The notes below the pieces were generated by a model, which saw nothing but the letters and a program-made list of their open reading frames with translations, ran no database searches and was not told where the DNA came from. Shown one piece after another: positions 27,343-37,499 of a DNA stretch of 44,316 nt. The stretch is from Alphaproteobacteria bacterium. GTDB lineage: Bacteria; Pseudomonadota; Alphaproteobacteria; Rhodospirillales; UBA2165. The translations under genes and the position numbers were made by a program. The stretch is taken from contig CAUZTZ010000001.1 of NCBI GenBank assembly GCA_963582805.1, positions 1-44,316 of the forward strand, in the 5' to 3' direction. Position 1 is the stretch's first letter, and every line of letters starts with the position of its first letter.

Positions 27343-27792
27343 ATGACTGGTAAGATCGTACCCGATATTGTCGAAAATCAGACCCTCTACACGTTAAGTC
27401 CGGCGGCTACCTGCCGCGATGCGGCAAAAATGATGCAGGCCAATAAAATCAGCGCCGTGCTGATCGTCGCCGACGCGTTATTGGTGGGCATCGTCACCGA
27501 GCGTGACTTGACCGCCAAGGTTCTGGCGTCAAGTTTGGATCCGGACGTGACCCGCCTGGAGGCGGTCATGACCCCGGATCCGGAGGTTCTGGCGCCCAAC
27601 GATACGCCGGCCAACGCGCTTGAGCTGATGCGGGTTCGCGGCTTTCGCCATCTACCCATCGTCGATAACGACGATATCATCGGCATTGTTTCGATCCGCG
27701 ATCTTTATGCGGCCACCAAGAAGCAACTGGAAGAAGACATCCGCCAGCGCGAATCCTTCATCTTCGACACCGGTTACGGCACCGGCGCTTAA
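27343..27792 (+). CDS. CBS domain pair protein
   Basis: 149 aa with two CBS motifs (ISAVLIV...GIVTERDL and RHLPIVDNDDIIGIVSIRDL). Confidence 0.8.
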   Translation: MTGKIVPDIVENQTLYTLSPAATCRDAAKMMQANKISAVLIVADALLVGIVTERDLTAKVLASSLDPDVTRLEAVMTPDPEVLAPNDTPANALELMRVRGFRHLPIVDNDDIIGIVSIRDLYAATKKQLEEDIRQRESFIFDTGYGTGA

Positions 27793-27959
27793 ACGCGTTT
27801 GCGTGTCTGCTTCGTTTGACCGCGCTTGCGCGTCTCTGGGGTTTGACGGTTTCGCCAAATTTTCCTATAGGACGGCGCTCTTGTGTCCCGGTCGCGAAAT
27901 TCACGGACAGTGAATTTAGCGTGAATCGGGCCACCCAATTTATGCCAGGAGAATTTGCC

Positions 27960-28517
27960 ATGCCCCTGCCGCCGGCAGCGCCCAGAAAACTGATCCACAC
28001 GCGCGAGATCCGCTGCACCGGATATGAACGCGATGACGGCCTTTGGGATATCGAGGGCCGCATCACCGACGTCAAAACCTACAGCTTCGAAACCGCCGAC
28101 CGGGGCGGCATCAACGCCGGCGAGCCGATGCATGATATGTCGGTGCGCCTGACCCTGGACGATGACCTGGTGGTGCACGAAGCCGAGGCATCCACCGATT
28201 GGGCGCCGCATACCATGTGCGCCGATATCACCGGCGGCGTTGCCAGCCTCAAGGGCGAGCGCATCGCCAACGGCTGGACCAAGACCGTGCATGGCAAAAT
28301 CGGCCGCACCCTTGGCTGCACGCATATTGTCCAGCTTCTGGTCGGGCCGGTGGCGACCACCGCCTTCCAGGCCATTACGCCGATCCGCAACCGGCGCCGG
28401 AACGCGGCAAGCGGTGCCGCCTCGAAGCCCAATTTCCTCGGCACCTGCCACGCCTACGCGCCCGACAGCCCGGTGGTCAAGCGCATGTGGCCGGACCATT
28501 ATACCGGCGACGATTAA
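27960..28517 (+). CDS. DUF2889-like protein
   Basis: ATG at 27960 lies after AGGAG. The blocks W.IEG...D...H.M.V.L and GCTHIVQLL are characteristic of DUF2889, as I recall it. Confidence 0.55.
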   Translation: MPLPPAAPRKLIHTREIRCTGYERDDGLWDIEGRITDVKTYSFETADRGGINAGEPMHDMSVRLTLDDDLVVHEAEASTDWAPHTMCADITGGVASLKGERIANGWTKTVHGKIGRTLGCTHIVQLLVGPVATTAFQAITPIRNRRRNAASGAASKPNFLGTCHAYAPDSPVVKRMWPDHYTGDD

Positions 28518-28580
28518 AGCGGTGCGGCGCGGCGCCCTCGCAACCTTGCATGGCGGCACGGGAATCCCCATAGTGACGGC

Positions 28581-29168
28581 ATGAAATACGCCGATAAGCT
28601 TGCAGACTTTACGGCTGGAATTTCCACCGCCCCAGCGCCGGGGCTGGAGGCGGGCCTCTGCGGCTGGCCGGACTGTGCCGAAGCTGGCGAGCACCGGGCG
28701 CCGGTCTCGCGCGATCATTTGAACGAATTTTATTGGTTCTGCCTGGACCATGTTCGGATTTACAACCGGTCTTGGAACTATTATGTAGGCATGTCCGACG
28801 CCCAGGTGGAAGCCTGCGTTCGTTCGGATACGATCTGGAACCGGCCAAGTTGGCCGTTTGCGGGCGGAAATGAGCCCAAGCCAGGGTTCAGTTTCGACGA
28901 CGTGGACGACCCGCTCGGTGTGTTGAGAACGGATGGAGTTGGCGCCGGCGGTAGCGCTCATCCGCCCCAATTATCGGTTCCGGAACGGCAAGCCTTTACC
29001 GTCCTCGGGCTGGAATTTCCGGTTACCCGCGAGGCGGTCAAGGCGCGCTACAAAGCGTTGGTAAAACGCCACCATCCGGACGCCAATGGCGGCGATAAAG
29101 ATGCAGAGGAACGCAGTAAACGGATCAATCAGGCCTATGAAGTTCTCATGAGCGGCATGTTCTCTTAA
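28581..29168 (+). CDS. J-domain (DnaJ-like) protein
   Basis: The C-terminal J domain reads [20 protein letters not shown]...INQAYEVL (HPD motif). It holds the conserved position upstream of cobS-cobT. Confidence 0.8.
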   Translation: MKYADKLADFTAGISTAPAPGLEAGLCGWPDCAEAGEHRAPVSRDHLNEFYWFCLDHVRIYNRSWNYYVGMSDAQVEACVRSDTIWNRPSWPFAGGNEPKPGFSFDDVDDPLGVLRTDGVGAGGSAHPPQLSVPERQAFTVLGLEFPVTREAVKARYKALVKRHHPDANGGDKDAEERSKRINQAYEVLMSGMFS

Positions 29169-29224
29169 GATATCCTAAGAGCCGTGCCGCGGGGCCAATC
29201 AGAAAATCATCGGAAATAGCCAAT

Positions 29225-30232
29225 ATGAACACCAGTCAGATCGAAGCGTCCGACCGAGACGCCTTTCCCCTGAACGAGCCCGATATCAAGATATCGGTGC
29301 GCCAAGCCTTCGGGTTCGACAGCGATCTCGAAGTGCCCGGATTCTCGGCAACCAACGAGCATGTCCCAGCGATGGATGAAGCCTACCGGTTCGACCGGGA
29401 AACCACGCTCGCCATCCTGGCCGGGTTTGCCTACAACCGCCGGGTCATGATCCAGGGCTATCACGGCACCGGAAAATCGACCCATATCGAACAGGTTGCG
29501 GCGCGCCTCAACTGGTCGTGCATCCGGGTCAATCTGGACAGCCATATCAGCCGCATCGATCTGATCGGCAAGGATGCGATCGTGCTCCGCGATGGCAAGC
29601 AGGTGACTGAATTTCGCGAGGGCATGCTGCCCTGGTGCATACAGAACCCAACCGCGCTGGTGTTCGATGAATATGACGCCGGGCGCCCGGACGTGATGTT
29701 CGTGATCCAGCGCATCTTGGAAGTCGAAGGCAAATTGACGCTGCTCGATCAGTCAAAGGTGATCGATCCGCACCCCTATTTCCGGCTTTTCTCGACCGCC
29801 AACACGGTCGGGCTCGGCGATACCACCGGCCTTTACCACGGCACCCAGCAGATCAACCAGGGCCAGATGGACCGCTGGAACATCGTTTCCACGCTGAATT
29901 ATCTGGAGCATGACGCCGAAGCCGAGATCGTGCTCGCCAAGGTGCCCAGCTACAATACCGAGGAGCGGCGCGGCCTCATCGACAAAATGGTCGAGGTTGC
30001 CGACCTGACCCGCTCGGGCTTCGTCAATGGCGACATATCCACCGTGATGTCGCCGCGTACCGTGATCATCTGGGGCGAGAATGCCGATATCTTCAACGAT
30101 CTCGGATTTGCGTTCCGCCTGACTTTCCTCAACAAGTGCGACGAGATCGAGCGTCCGATCATTGCCGAATATTATCAACGGGTATTCGGCGACGAGCTAC
30201 CGGAATCGGCGGCGCACATCATGCTGAGCTAA
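29225..30232 (+). CDS. cobS: Cobaltochelatase subunit CobS (MoxR-type AAA+ ATPase)
   Basis: Walker [10 protein letters not shown] and Walker B LVFDEYD. The 335-aa size and the adjacent CobT are typical. Confidence 0.88.
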   Translation: MNTSQIEASDRDAFPLNEPDIKISVRQAFGFDSDLEVPGFSATNEHVPAMDEAYRFDRETTLAILAGFAYNRRVMIQGYHGTGKSTHIEQVAARLNWSCIRVNLDSHISRIDLIGKDAIVLRDGKQVTEFREGMLPWCIQNPTALVFDEYDAGRPDVMFVIQRILEVEGKLTLLDQSKVIDPHPYFRLFSTANTVGLGDTTGLYHGTQQINQGQMDRWNIVSTLNYLEHDAEAEIVLAKVPSYNTEERRGLIDKMVEVADLTRSGFVNGDISTVMSPRTVIIWGENADIFNDLGFAFRLTFLNKCDEIERPIIAEYYQRVFGDELPESAAHIMLS

Positions 30233-30242
30233 GGGTGCGGCA

Positions 30243-32099
30243 ATGGCCATGGATCAGGACGACCAAAACCTGGTCAAACGGGTTACCGAAGCGGCGCTGA
30301 AGGCGGTCTCGGCGCGCGACGATATCGAAGTCGCCTTTTCGCCGGGCGCTCACGGGCTGTCGTTTTCCGAAGACGGCGGCCTGGCCCGCCTGCCGACGCC
30401 GTCGCGCCAATTTGGCCATTCGGACCTGCATGTGCTGCGCGGCGAGGCCGATGCGGTGGCCCTCAAACTGCGCTATCAGAACCGCACCATCTATAACCGC
30501 CAGCGGCCCTCGGGCGGCGCCAGCGCGTCTTTGTTCGATGCCGCCGAGCAAGCCAGGGTCGAGGCGCTGGGCAGCCGCGTGCTGGCCGGCACCGCCAAGA
30601 ACCTGGTCCAGTTCCAGGAAGCCGAAGCCCGCGAAAAGGGCTATCACATGGTGACCGAGCGCGATGAGGCCCATCTCGCCGACGCCGTCGGCTATCTTTT
30701 GCGCGAAAAATTCGAAGGCACCGAAGCGCCGCCGGCGGCGCGCGCCCTGATGGAGACCTGGCGCGGCTGGCTGGACGACAAGGCCGGCAATTTGCTTAAC
30801 GATTTGCAGGCCAAGCTGGGCGATCAGCAGAGCTACGGCGAGGCCATGCACCATATCCTCGAAGAGCTCGAGCTGCCGGCCGATGCCGATGGCGATTCGG
30901 ACGGCGAAAACGACGACGACCAATCCGATCAGGATTCCGACGACGAGCAGAACCAGGACGATCAATCCTCGGAAAGCGATTCCGATTCCGAAGATGCCGA
31001 TTCCGAAGATCAGGACATGGATTCCCTCGATCCCGATTCCGCCGAGGACATGGACGATCAGTTCGACACCGAAGAGTCCGACGAAGACACCGAGGCGACC
31101 ATGCGCGGGCGCCCCATGCAGCCCGATTTTCCGGACGGCGCCGTCGATGCCTACCGCGCCTATTCCTCCGAGTTTGACGAAGTGGTCAAGTCCGAAGATC
31201 TGTGCGAGCCCGAGGAAATGACCCGCCTGCGCGCCCAGCTCGACCAGCAGCTAGCCCATATGCAAGGCGTCGTCGCCAAGCTCGCCAACCGGCTGCAGCG
31301 GCGTCTGATGGCGCAGCAGCAGCGCTGGTGGGAGTTCGATCTGGAAGAAGGTATTTTGGATGCCGGGCGGCTGTCGCGGGTGGTCATCGATCCCCGCCAT
31401 CCTTTGTCCTACAAGGTGGAGAAGGAAAGCAATTTCCGCGACACCGTGGTGACCTTGCTGATCGATAATTCCGGCTCCATGCGCGGGCGGCCCATATCGG
31501 TGGCCGCCATGAGCGCCGATATCATCGCCCGCACGCTGGAGCGGTGCGCCGTCAAGGTCGAGGTGCTCGGCTTCACGACGCGCGCCTGGAAGGGAGGCCA
31601 GGCGCGCGAGAAATGGGTGGCCGAGGGCAAGACGCCCAATCCCGGCCGGCTCAATGATTTGCGCCATATCATCTACAAGTCCGCCGATGCGCCGTGGCGC
31701 CGGGCGCGCAAGAATCTCGGGCTGATGCTGCGCGAGGGATTGTTGAAAGAGAACATCGATGGCGAGGCGCTTTTGTGGGCCTATAACCGGCTCATCGGGC
31801 GGCCCGAGCAGCGCCGCATCCTGATGGTCATATCCGACGGCGCGCCGGTCGATGACGCCACCTTGTCGGTCAACCCCGGCAACTATCTGGAACGCCATTT
31901 GCGCGACGTCATCCAGTTTATCGAGACGCGCACGCCCATCGAAGTGACCGCCATCGGCATCGGCCACGACGTCACCCGCTATTACCGCCGCGCGGTAACC
32001 ATCAACGATGCCGAGGAGCTGGGCGGCGTCATGATGCAACGGCTGACCGAACTGTTCGAACTCGAGACCGGCGGTGCGCGCAACCTCCTGATCCATTGA
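30243..32099 (+). CDS. cobT: Cobaltochelatase subunit CobT (acidic region plus VWA domain)
   Basis: A long D/E/S acidic tract is present. The C-terminal VWA has the MIDAS motif [11 protein letters not shown]. Confidence 0.88.
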   Translation: MAMDQDDQNLVKRVTEAALKAVSARDDIEVAFSPGAHGLSFSEDGGLARLPTPSRQFGHSDLHVLRGEADAVALKLRYQNRTIYNRQRPSGGASASLFDAAEQARVEALGSRVLAGTAKNLVQFQEAEAREKGYHMVTERDEAHLADAVGYLLREKFEGTEAPPAARALMETWRGWLDDKAGNLLNDLQAKLGDQQSYGEAMHHILEELELPADADGDSDGENDDDQSDQDSDDEQNQDDQSSESDSDSEDADSEDQDMDSLDPDSAEDMDDQFDTEESDEDTEATMRGRPMQPDFPDGAVDAYRAYSSEFDEVVKSEDLCEPEEMTRLRAQLDQQLAHMQGVVAKLANRLQRRLMAQQQRWWEFDLEEGILDAGRLSRVVIDPRHPLSYKVEKESNFRDTVVTLLIDNSGSMRGRPISVAAMSADIIARTLERCAVKVEVLGFTTRAWKGGQAREKWVAEGKTPNPGRLNDLRHIIYKSADAPWRRARKNLGLMLREGLLKENIDGEALLWAYNRLIGRPEQRRILMVISDGAPVDDATLSVNPGNYLERHLRDVIQFIETRTPIEVTAIGIGHDVTRYYRRAVTINDAEELGGVMMQRLTELFELETGGARNLLIH

Positions 32100-33100
32100 T
32101 CCGGCTTATACCCCAACTGATTGGCGCCGCAATGGTGGCGGCGCTCGCTATTTCGGGCCCGGCCCAAGGCGAGCCGATCGATGTAACCACGGTGCCGGTG
32201 GCGCTGGACAGCCATGATGCAAACCGGGACAAAACCGGCGGCCTCACCTATCTGGGCGGGCTGCGCCTGCGTTCCGATGCCAAAGGTTTCGGCGGTTTCT
32301 CCGGCCTCGATATTTCCGCCGATGGCTCAGACATGATCGCGGTCAGCGATTTCGGCCGGCGTCTAGATGCGCGCCTTTCCTATGCCAAGGATGGCCGCCT
32401 GACCGGCGTTACGGGCGCCCAACTGGCGCCGCTCACCGGGCTGGATGGCAAGCCGATCACCGGCAAGGGCGAGGGCGACGCCGAAGACATCGCGCGCCTG
32501 GGCGGCACCATGCTGGTGTCATTTGAGCGCCGCCACCGCATTCTTCGCTACAGTGCGGATGCAGCCGAGGTAAGCGCCCTTAGCTCCCCGCCCGGCCTTG
32601 AAAAAGCCCCCGCCAATGGCGGCATCGAGGCGCTGACCCAATTGCCTGGCGGGCGCCTGCTGGCCATATTGGAGGCCGCCACGGCGGTCTCCGGCGGCGC
32701 CAGCTCGGGCAGGTCGCTGGCCTGGATCGGAAACGGCCGGACCTGGACCGAAATGCAATACGCCCGCACCGGCAAATTAAGCCCGGCCGGGGCCGCCACC
32801 GTGCCCGCCGGCAAGGGCGAAGGCGATGTGCTGGTGATCGAGCGGCACTGGTCGCTGCTGGCCGGCACACGGGTGCGTATTGCCCGCCTGAAGGCGAATG
32901 AGCTGGCCAAGGCGGGGCCGGGCGCAAACCTCCGCGCACGGGAAATCGCGCGCCTGGAGGCGCCGTTAACGGTGGATAACTTCGAAGGCATCGCCACCCG
33001 CCGGGGGCCCGGCGGGGCATTGCTTGTCTACCTGATCAGCGACGACAATTTCAATCCGCTGCAGGAAACCTTGTTGCTGTTGTTTCGCCTGGACGGCTAG
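32096..33100 (+). CDS. Secreted esterase-like/phytase-like beta-propeller family protein
   Basis: The TTG start overlaps the cobT stop. A signal-like N-terminus is present. Motifs [21 protein letters not shown] and SDDNFNP resemble the phytase-like family (PF13449-type). Confidence 0.5.
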   Translation: MIRLIPQLIGAAMVAALAISGPAQGEPIDVTTVPVALDSHDANRDKTGGLTYLGGLRLRSDAKGFGGFSGLDISADGSDMIAVSDFGRRLDARLSYAKDGRLTGVTGAQLAPLTGLDGKPITGKGEGDAEDIARLGGTMLVSFERRHRILRYSADAAEVSALSSPPGLEKAPANGGIEALTQLPGGRLLAILEAATAVSGGASSGRSLAWIGNGRTWTEMQYARTGKLSPAGAATVPAGKGEGDVLVIERHWSLLAGTRVRIARLKANELAKAGPGANLRAREIARLEAPLTVDNFEGIATRRGPGGALLVYLISDDNFNPLQETLLLLFRLDG

Positions 33101-33396
33101 GCGGCTTTCGCGGCGGCCTTTTCCTGGGCCCGTTTGATGCGCCGCTTAAGACGCAAACCCGGAGGCGCCAGCTTGGCATCGGCCTGGCCCAGCAAATACG
33201 CATCGAGGCCGCCATTATGCTCGATTGAGCGCAAGGCGTGGGCCGAAACTTTCAGGCTCACCGTACCCAGCGTGGTTGAAAACAAGGTCATCTTATGCAC
33301 GTTCGGCAGAAAGCGCCGCCGCGTCTTGTTGTGCGCGTGAGAGACATTGTTGCCGGTCTGAACGTCCCTGCCGGTGATATCGCAACGCCGTGCCAT
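33097..33396 (-). CDS. rpmB: 50S ribosomal protein L28
   Basis: MARRCDITGRDVQTGNNVSHAHNKTRRRFLPNV... Confidence 0.93.
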   Translation of the reverse strand: MARRCDITGRDVQTGNNVSHAHNKTRRRFLPNVHKMTLFSTTLGTVSLKVSAHALRSIEHNGGLDAYLLGQADAKLAPPGLRLKRRIKRAQEKAAAKAA

Positions 33397-33490
33397 GATC
33401 TTGTTCCTTCAATTTCGAATATGTGCGCCGGACATCGTTCCCCGGCGCACCTTACCAAGCGCGGTGTTGTACGGTTCCGCCCGGCTTTCG

Positions 33491-33883
33491 TCAAGACCGG
33501 GCATTTGAATTTAACCCGATCCAGCCCGCCAGTTCCTCCTCACCGATTTCGCCTGCGGCCAACTTCGTCACAATGGTCAGCAGATCGGCCCTATCGGGCT
33601 GAAAATCAAAGCCGTTTATCTTTAAGAACATTGCCGCGGCGGAGATGGCGATACGCTTGTTGCCATCAACGAAGGCATGGTTACGCGCCAGGCCGAATGC
33701 ATAGGCCGCCGCCAATTCGGGGATCGTTACACCGGCGTCATAGGCGAATTTGTTAAGTGGCCGCGCCAGCGCTGATTCCAACAATCCGGCGTCGCGCAAA
33801 TCCGGGATTCCGCCATGGTCCGCGATCAGCGTTTGATGAACAGACCGGACCGCTTCGATCAGCAGCCATTCCGGCTCGTTCAT
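33491..33883 (-). CDS. doc: Type II toxin, Doc (death-on-curing) / Fic family
   Basis: Fic motif HAFVDGNKRIA, 130 aa, with a 4-nt overlap onto the upstream antitoxin gene. Confidence 0.85.
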   Translation of the reverse strand: MNEPEWLLIEAVRSVHQTLIADHGGIPDLRDAGLLESALARPLNKFAYDAGVTIPELAAAYAFGLARNHAFVDGNKRIAISAAAMFLKINGFDFQPDRADLLTIVTKLAAGEIGEEELAGWIGLNSNARS

Positions 33884-34107
33884 TTCGCCAATTCATGCAA
33901 CACATCGCGGTAATCGTGCACAAACCCTTCCGCCGCCTCCACCTGACGGGCGAATTTTTCGTCGTAGGGCGTAATCAAATAACCCTCCGGCGTTTCGGTC
34001 AGATAGATCACGTCGCCCCGATTGACCTTAAGGCGCGCCATGACCTCCTTGGACAAAACCACGCCCGATGAATTTCCGATCGACGTAATCTTCAATTCAT
34101 GTCCCAT
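33880..34107 (-). CDS. AbrB/MazE/SpoVT-type antitoxin (Phd-role partner of Doc)
   Basis: 75 aa with the swapped-hairpin motif ITSIGNSSGVVLSKEVMARLKVNRGDVIYL. Confidence 0.8.
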   Translation of the reverse strand: MGHELKITSIGNSSGVVLSKEVMARLKVNRGDVIYLTETPEGYLITPYDEKFARQVEAAEGFVHDYRDVLHELAK

Positions 34108-34125
34108 ATTTGCACCCGATCAACT

Positions 34126-34162
34126 ATATGTTATAACAATAGTAATAACTGTTATAACATAT
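34126..34162. promoter_or_regulatory. Candidate TA operator: ATATGTTATAAC ... GTTATAACATAT (two self-palindromic GTTATAAC boxes 21 bp apart)
   Basis: 12-bp inverted repeat arms at 34126-34137 and 34151-34162, 19-55 bp upstream of the antitoxin ATG. The AT-rich context is promoter-like. Confidence 0.55.
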
Positions 34163-34180
34163 GTATTACGCCGTCAAGCC

Positions 34181-35395
34181 TTAGCCCATGGCCGCCTTGA
34201 CGCCTTGGTCGAGCTTGTCGAGGAATTGCTGGGTGGTCAGCCAGTTTTGGTCGGGGCCGATGAGGATCGCCAGATCCTTGGTCATAAAGCCGTTTTCGAC
34301 CGTATCGATGCAGACTTTTTCCAAGGCTTCGGCGAATTTCACCACGTCCGGGGTGTCATCAAACGTGCCCCGGTAATAAAGCCCCCTTGTCCAGGCGAAG
34401 ATCGAAGCGATGGGATTGGTGGAGGTTTCCTTGCCGTCCTGGTGCTGGCGGAAATGGCGGGTGACGGTGCCGTGGGCGGCCTCGGCTTCCACCGTTTGCC
34501 CGTCCGGCGTCATCAGCACCGACGTCATTAGCCCGAGGCTGCCAAAACCTTGGGCCAGAGTATCGGACTGCACGTCGCCGTCATAGTTTTTGCAGGCCCA
34601 GACAAACCCACCCTCCCACTTGAGCGCGCAAGCCACCATATCGTCGATCAGGCGGTGCTCATAGGTAAGCCCGGCGGCGGCATACTTGTCTTTGAAGTCC
34701 CGCTCGAACACTTCTTGGAAAATATCCTTGAAGCGCCCGTCATAGGCTTTGAGGATGGTGTTCTTGGTGGACAGATAGAGCGGCCAGCCGAGATCGAGGG
34801 CATAGTTCAAACAGGCATGGGCGAAACCTTCGATGGACGCGTCCAAATTAAACATCGACATGGCGACGCCGCCGTCCGGAAAATCAAACACCTCGCGCTC
34901 GATTTTCTCGCCGCCGTCCGCGGGCTCGAACGTGAGGGTCAGCTTTCCCTTGCCGGGGACGACAAAATCGGTGGCCCGGTACTGATCGCCATAGGCGTGG
35001 CGGCCGATGACGATGGGCTTGGTCCAGCCCGGCACCAGGCGCGGCACGTTTTTGCACAGGATGGGCCGGCGAAAGATGGTGCCGCCGATGATGTTGCGCA
35101 AGGTGCCGTTCGGCGAGCGGTACATTTCGTGGAGATCGAACTCGGCGACCCGGTCTTCGTCCGGCGTGATGGTCGCGCATTTGACGCCGACCCGGTGCGC
35201 CTGAATGGCTTCGGCGGCATCGATGGTGATCTGATCGCGGGTTTCGTCCCGCTTCTCCATGCCGAGATCGTAATACAAAAGCTCGATATCAAGATAGGGC
35301 AGGATCAATTTGTCCTTGATGAACTGCCAGATGATGCGGGTCATTTCATCGCCGTCAAGTTCGACAACGGGATTGGCGACTTGGATTTTGCTCAT
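34181..35395 (-). CDS. icd: NADP-dependent isocitrate dehydrogenase (homodimeric, eukaryote-like subfamily II)
   Basis: [36 protein letters not shown]... and TITPDE..V.EF; 404 aa. Confidence 0.95.
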   Translation of the reverse strand: MSKIQVANPVVELDGDEMTRIIWQFIKDKLILPYLDIELLYYDLGMEKRDETRDQITIDAAEAIQAHRVGVKCATITPDEDRVAEFDLHEMYRSPNGTLRNIIGGTIFRRPILCKNVPRLVPGWTKPIVIGRHAYGDQYRATDFVVPGKGKLTLTFEPADGGEKIEREVFDFPDGGVAMSMFNLDASIEGFAHACLNYALDLGWPLYLSTKNTILKAYDGRFKDIFQEVFERDFKDKYAAAGLTYEHRLIDDMVACALKWEGGFVWACKNYDGDVQSDTLAQGFGSLGLMTSVLMTPDGQTVEAEAAHGTVTRHFRQHQDGKETSTNPIASIFAWTRGLYYRGTFDDTPDVVKFAEALEKVCIDTVENGFMTKDLAILIGPDQNWLTTQQFLDKLDQGVKAAMG

Positions 35396-35577
35396 GGCCT
35401 AGGACTCCATTTCGGCGCGCACGGCTTTGGGCACGTTGGTTTGCGTCACAATGAACGTCCGTTGGGGTGCGCCCCAAGTGGCCGGATATTCCGTCGCCGG
35501 ACGGGGCGGAATGTAAGCATCGTGGCGGTACAATTCAAGCCCAGCAGACGTATGCTGTTGAATCCCTGCCCCATCGC

Positions 35578-35872
35578 GAAAAAAGAAGGTTGAACCACAG
35601 AGACAGTGAGACATTGAGAAGAATAAAAGAAAAGTAAGAAGGGGATTCAACACAGAGTTCACAGAGGACACAGAGGAGAAAGTAGGAGAAAATAAGAGAG
35701 AAGGCGCTGCGCGCGGAATAACTTTTCTTCTCTGTGTCCTCTGTGTCCTCTGTGTTTCAAAAATTCTTTCTTTAAGCCAGGGGGCGCGGCTGGTGGGAGA
35801 GTATAGGCACTTCGTACAAAAAATATAACTTCTCACCGTCTCACTGTCTCTGTGGTAAATCTTCTTCTTCTC
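35578..35872. repeat. Head-to-head pair of the CTCTGTG-type dispersed element (copies B and C); MITE/BIME-like structure with perfect 18-bp terminal inverted repeats
   Basis: CCACAGAGACAGTGAGAC (35595-35612) is the exact reverse complement of GTCTCACTGTCTCTGTGG (35838-35855). The two arms share the central GCGCTGCGCGCGG (35704-35716). Each arm holds about 3 CTCTGTG(NN) units. Confidence 0.8.
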
Positions 35873-36822
35873 TACCCTTCATGCACACCCATTCCTTGAA
35901 GTGCGGCCTCCACGAACTCGCTGGCGATGACATCGTCCATGACGACGGTTGGCAATTCCGGGTTTAAGCCTTCGAACGAATCCAATTGCGCGGACCAATG
36001 GGCGACCGCCAGGCCGCCATCGACGGCAAAGCTGCCGGCGCTGCGTTCCCGCTCCCAGATTTCCCGCACCGCATCGTCCGGCACCGGGATCGTCACCTGG
36101 TGGCGGAAGGTGTTCAAAAATGCCTCGAATTCCTCATGCAGCGCCCGCGATGCCTTGATCATGCCCCTGGTCAGGCGGTGCAGCTCCTCTTTGTGGCTTT
36201 CCGCGTAGTCTTCGGTGCAGGACAGCACCCCGTGCGGCTGCAACGGCACCAGCCCTTGCAGCGCCTCGAAGCCGAGCAAAGTATGCAGCCCATTGCCGCT
36301 ATCGTTGTTGAGGGACCAGGCTTCCTCGACGCGGATCAGCGACACATCGATGGTCCCGGCGAGCAAACGCTCGATCCGTTCGGGGGGCGGGCCGACCGCC
36401 TGCCAGTCGATCTCGTCTTCCGCCAGCCCGAGGGCGCGCACGCAGAGCCGCGCCATATGATGGCTCAGGGCGCCGAAGCCGTCGATGGCCCAGGATGCGC
36501 CGCGCAGCCGGCTGGGCTCGATAATCGCCTGCTGCGCCATCAGGTTCTGCGCCAATGCCAGGGCCATGGAGACGACGATACGCACGGGCGCCCCCTCGGC
36601 CCGGAATTTCAACACCGGCCCAAGCCCGCCATAGGAGACATCGGTCTCGCTATCCAGCACCGACTGCACGGCGCGAACGCCTCCATGCACGGGCGTCCAG
36701 GAAACGTCGAGCCCTTCGTCGTTCCAAAAGCCAAGATGGGTAGCGGCGGCACAAGCCAGATCATCGACCCCAAACGTCGGCCCCGAGCCGGCGGCGAGGC
36801 GGATGGGGAGCGGAGTGGGCAT
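35872..36822 (-). CDS. NMT1/THI5-like (nitrate/sulfonate/taurine-type) substrate-binding-fold protein with no obvious signal peptide
   Basis: 316 aa. The pattern F..EGLDV......GG......L.SGE.DV and the overall periplasmic-binding-protein type-2 pattern are present. The assignment is tentative. Confidence 0.45.
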   Translation of the reverse strand: MPTPLPIRLAAGSGPTFGVDDLACAAATHLGFWNDEGLDVSWTPVHGGVRAVQSVLDSETDVSYGGLGPVLKFRAEGAPVRIVVSMALALAQNLMAQQAIIEPSRLRGASWAIDGFGALSHHMARLCVRALGLAEDEIDWQAVGPPPERIERLLAGTIDVSLIRVEEAWSLNNDSGNGLHTLLGFEALQGLVPLQPHGVLSCTEDYAESHKEELHRLTRGMIKASRALHEEFEAFLNTFRHQVTIPVPDDAVREIWERERSAGSFAVDGGLAVAHWSAQLDSFEGLNPELPTVVMDDVIASEFVEAALQGMGVHEG

Positions 36823-36943
36823 GGCGGGGCTCCTGAGCGTTGGTTGTTAATGGCGGAGGATGGTTGTGTAGCGGGGCGCGGGAGTCAAGGGACCCGAGCA
36901 GCGCGCGGCGCCCCCCGCCCTCAATAACCGGCACCGCCCAGTC

Positions 36944-37046
36944 CCTTCCCCCCTGGAGGGGGAAGGTTAGGATGGGGGGGAGCGGCTAAATATCGTGGGT
37001 AGTTTCGGCGCCCCCCACCTCGATCCTCCCCCTCGGTGGGGGGAGG
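36944..37046. repeat. Inverted pair of G/C-rich hairpin REP units (CCTTCCCCC-loop-GGGGGAAGG ... CCTCCCCC-loop-GGGGGAGG)
   Basis: The hairpins are at about 36944-36966 and 37025-37046. The second unit is the reverse complement of the first: C(T/C)TCCCCCC..GAGGGGGA(A/G)G..GATGGGGGG. Confidence 0.7.
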
Positions 37047-37217
37047 AGGAAGAGGAGCGCACATTCGGGGCGGCACAAAAGGGACTGGTATTGATTTTGT
37101 TCCATTTTTGTGCTATAAATCTTCAACAAGGTAAATTCAAAATATACGTCTGATATCTGTCCGCAATTTGCCATTATTCTCATTGCGGAAGCGTCGATAA
37201 TTTTGCATAACCAAATT

Positions 37218-37233
37218 GTTGACAAACGTCAAC
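37218..37233. promoter_or_regulatory. Palindrome GTTGACAAACGTCAAC immediately upstream of the 76-aa gene (candidate operator overlapping a TTGACA -35-like hexamer)
   Basis: Perfect 6-bp arms GTTGAC/GTCAAC with a 4-bp spacer, ending 14 nt before the ATG at 37247. Confidence 0.45.
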
Positions 37234-37246
37234 TAACAGGAATATC

Positions 37247-37477
37247 ATGCCCAGACCAAGGCATCCAAGCGCGGCTGTGGAAGCTGCCGTCAAATATGCG
37301 GAAGAACTTGGCTGGCGATACAAGGCGCCGGGCAAATCGGCGCATAGTTGGGGGCGGCTATTATGTGCGGAGCATTCGCGGGATGGCTGCCTGATGTCGG
37401 TTTGGTCGACGCCGCGCAATGCAGAAAACCACGCCAAAAAGATCATCAGGAAAGTGGACAATTGTCCCCATTGCTGA
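37247..37477 (+). CDS. Small Cys/His-rich protein of unknown function (possible HicA-like alpha-beta3-alpha fold; speculative)
   Basis: 76 aa: MPRPRHPSAAVEAAVKYAEELGWRYKAPGKSAHSWGRLLCAEHSRDGCLMSVWSTPRNAENHAKKIIRKVDNCPHC. Lower GC than its surroundings. Confidence 0.55.
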   Translation: MPRPRHPSAAVEAAVKYAEELGWRYKAPGKSAHSWGRLLCAEHSRDGCLMSVWSTPRNAENHAKKIIRKVDNCPHC

Positions 37478-37499
37478 TCTCGGGCGGGAAAGGAAAGTG

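Noticed and set aside
29170-29224. Cobalamin riboswitch upstream of cobS/cobT
   Set aside because: The spacer is only about 55 nt and lacks a B12-box-like motif.
36986-37225. 79-aa minus-strand ORF between the REP hairpins and the 76-aa gene
   Set aside because: It spans the REP hairpin and the AT-rich promoter-like region. It has no ribosome-binding site and no recognisable motif, so it is probably non-coding.
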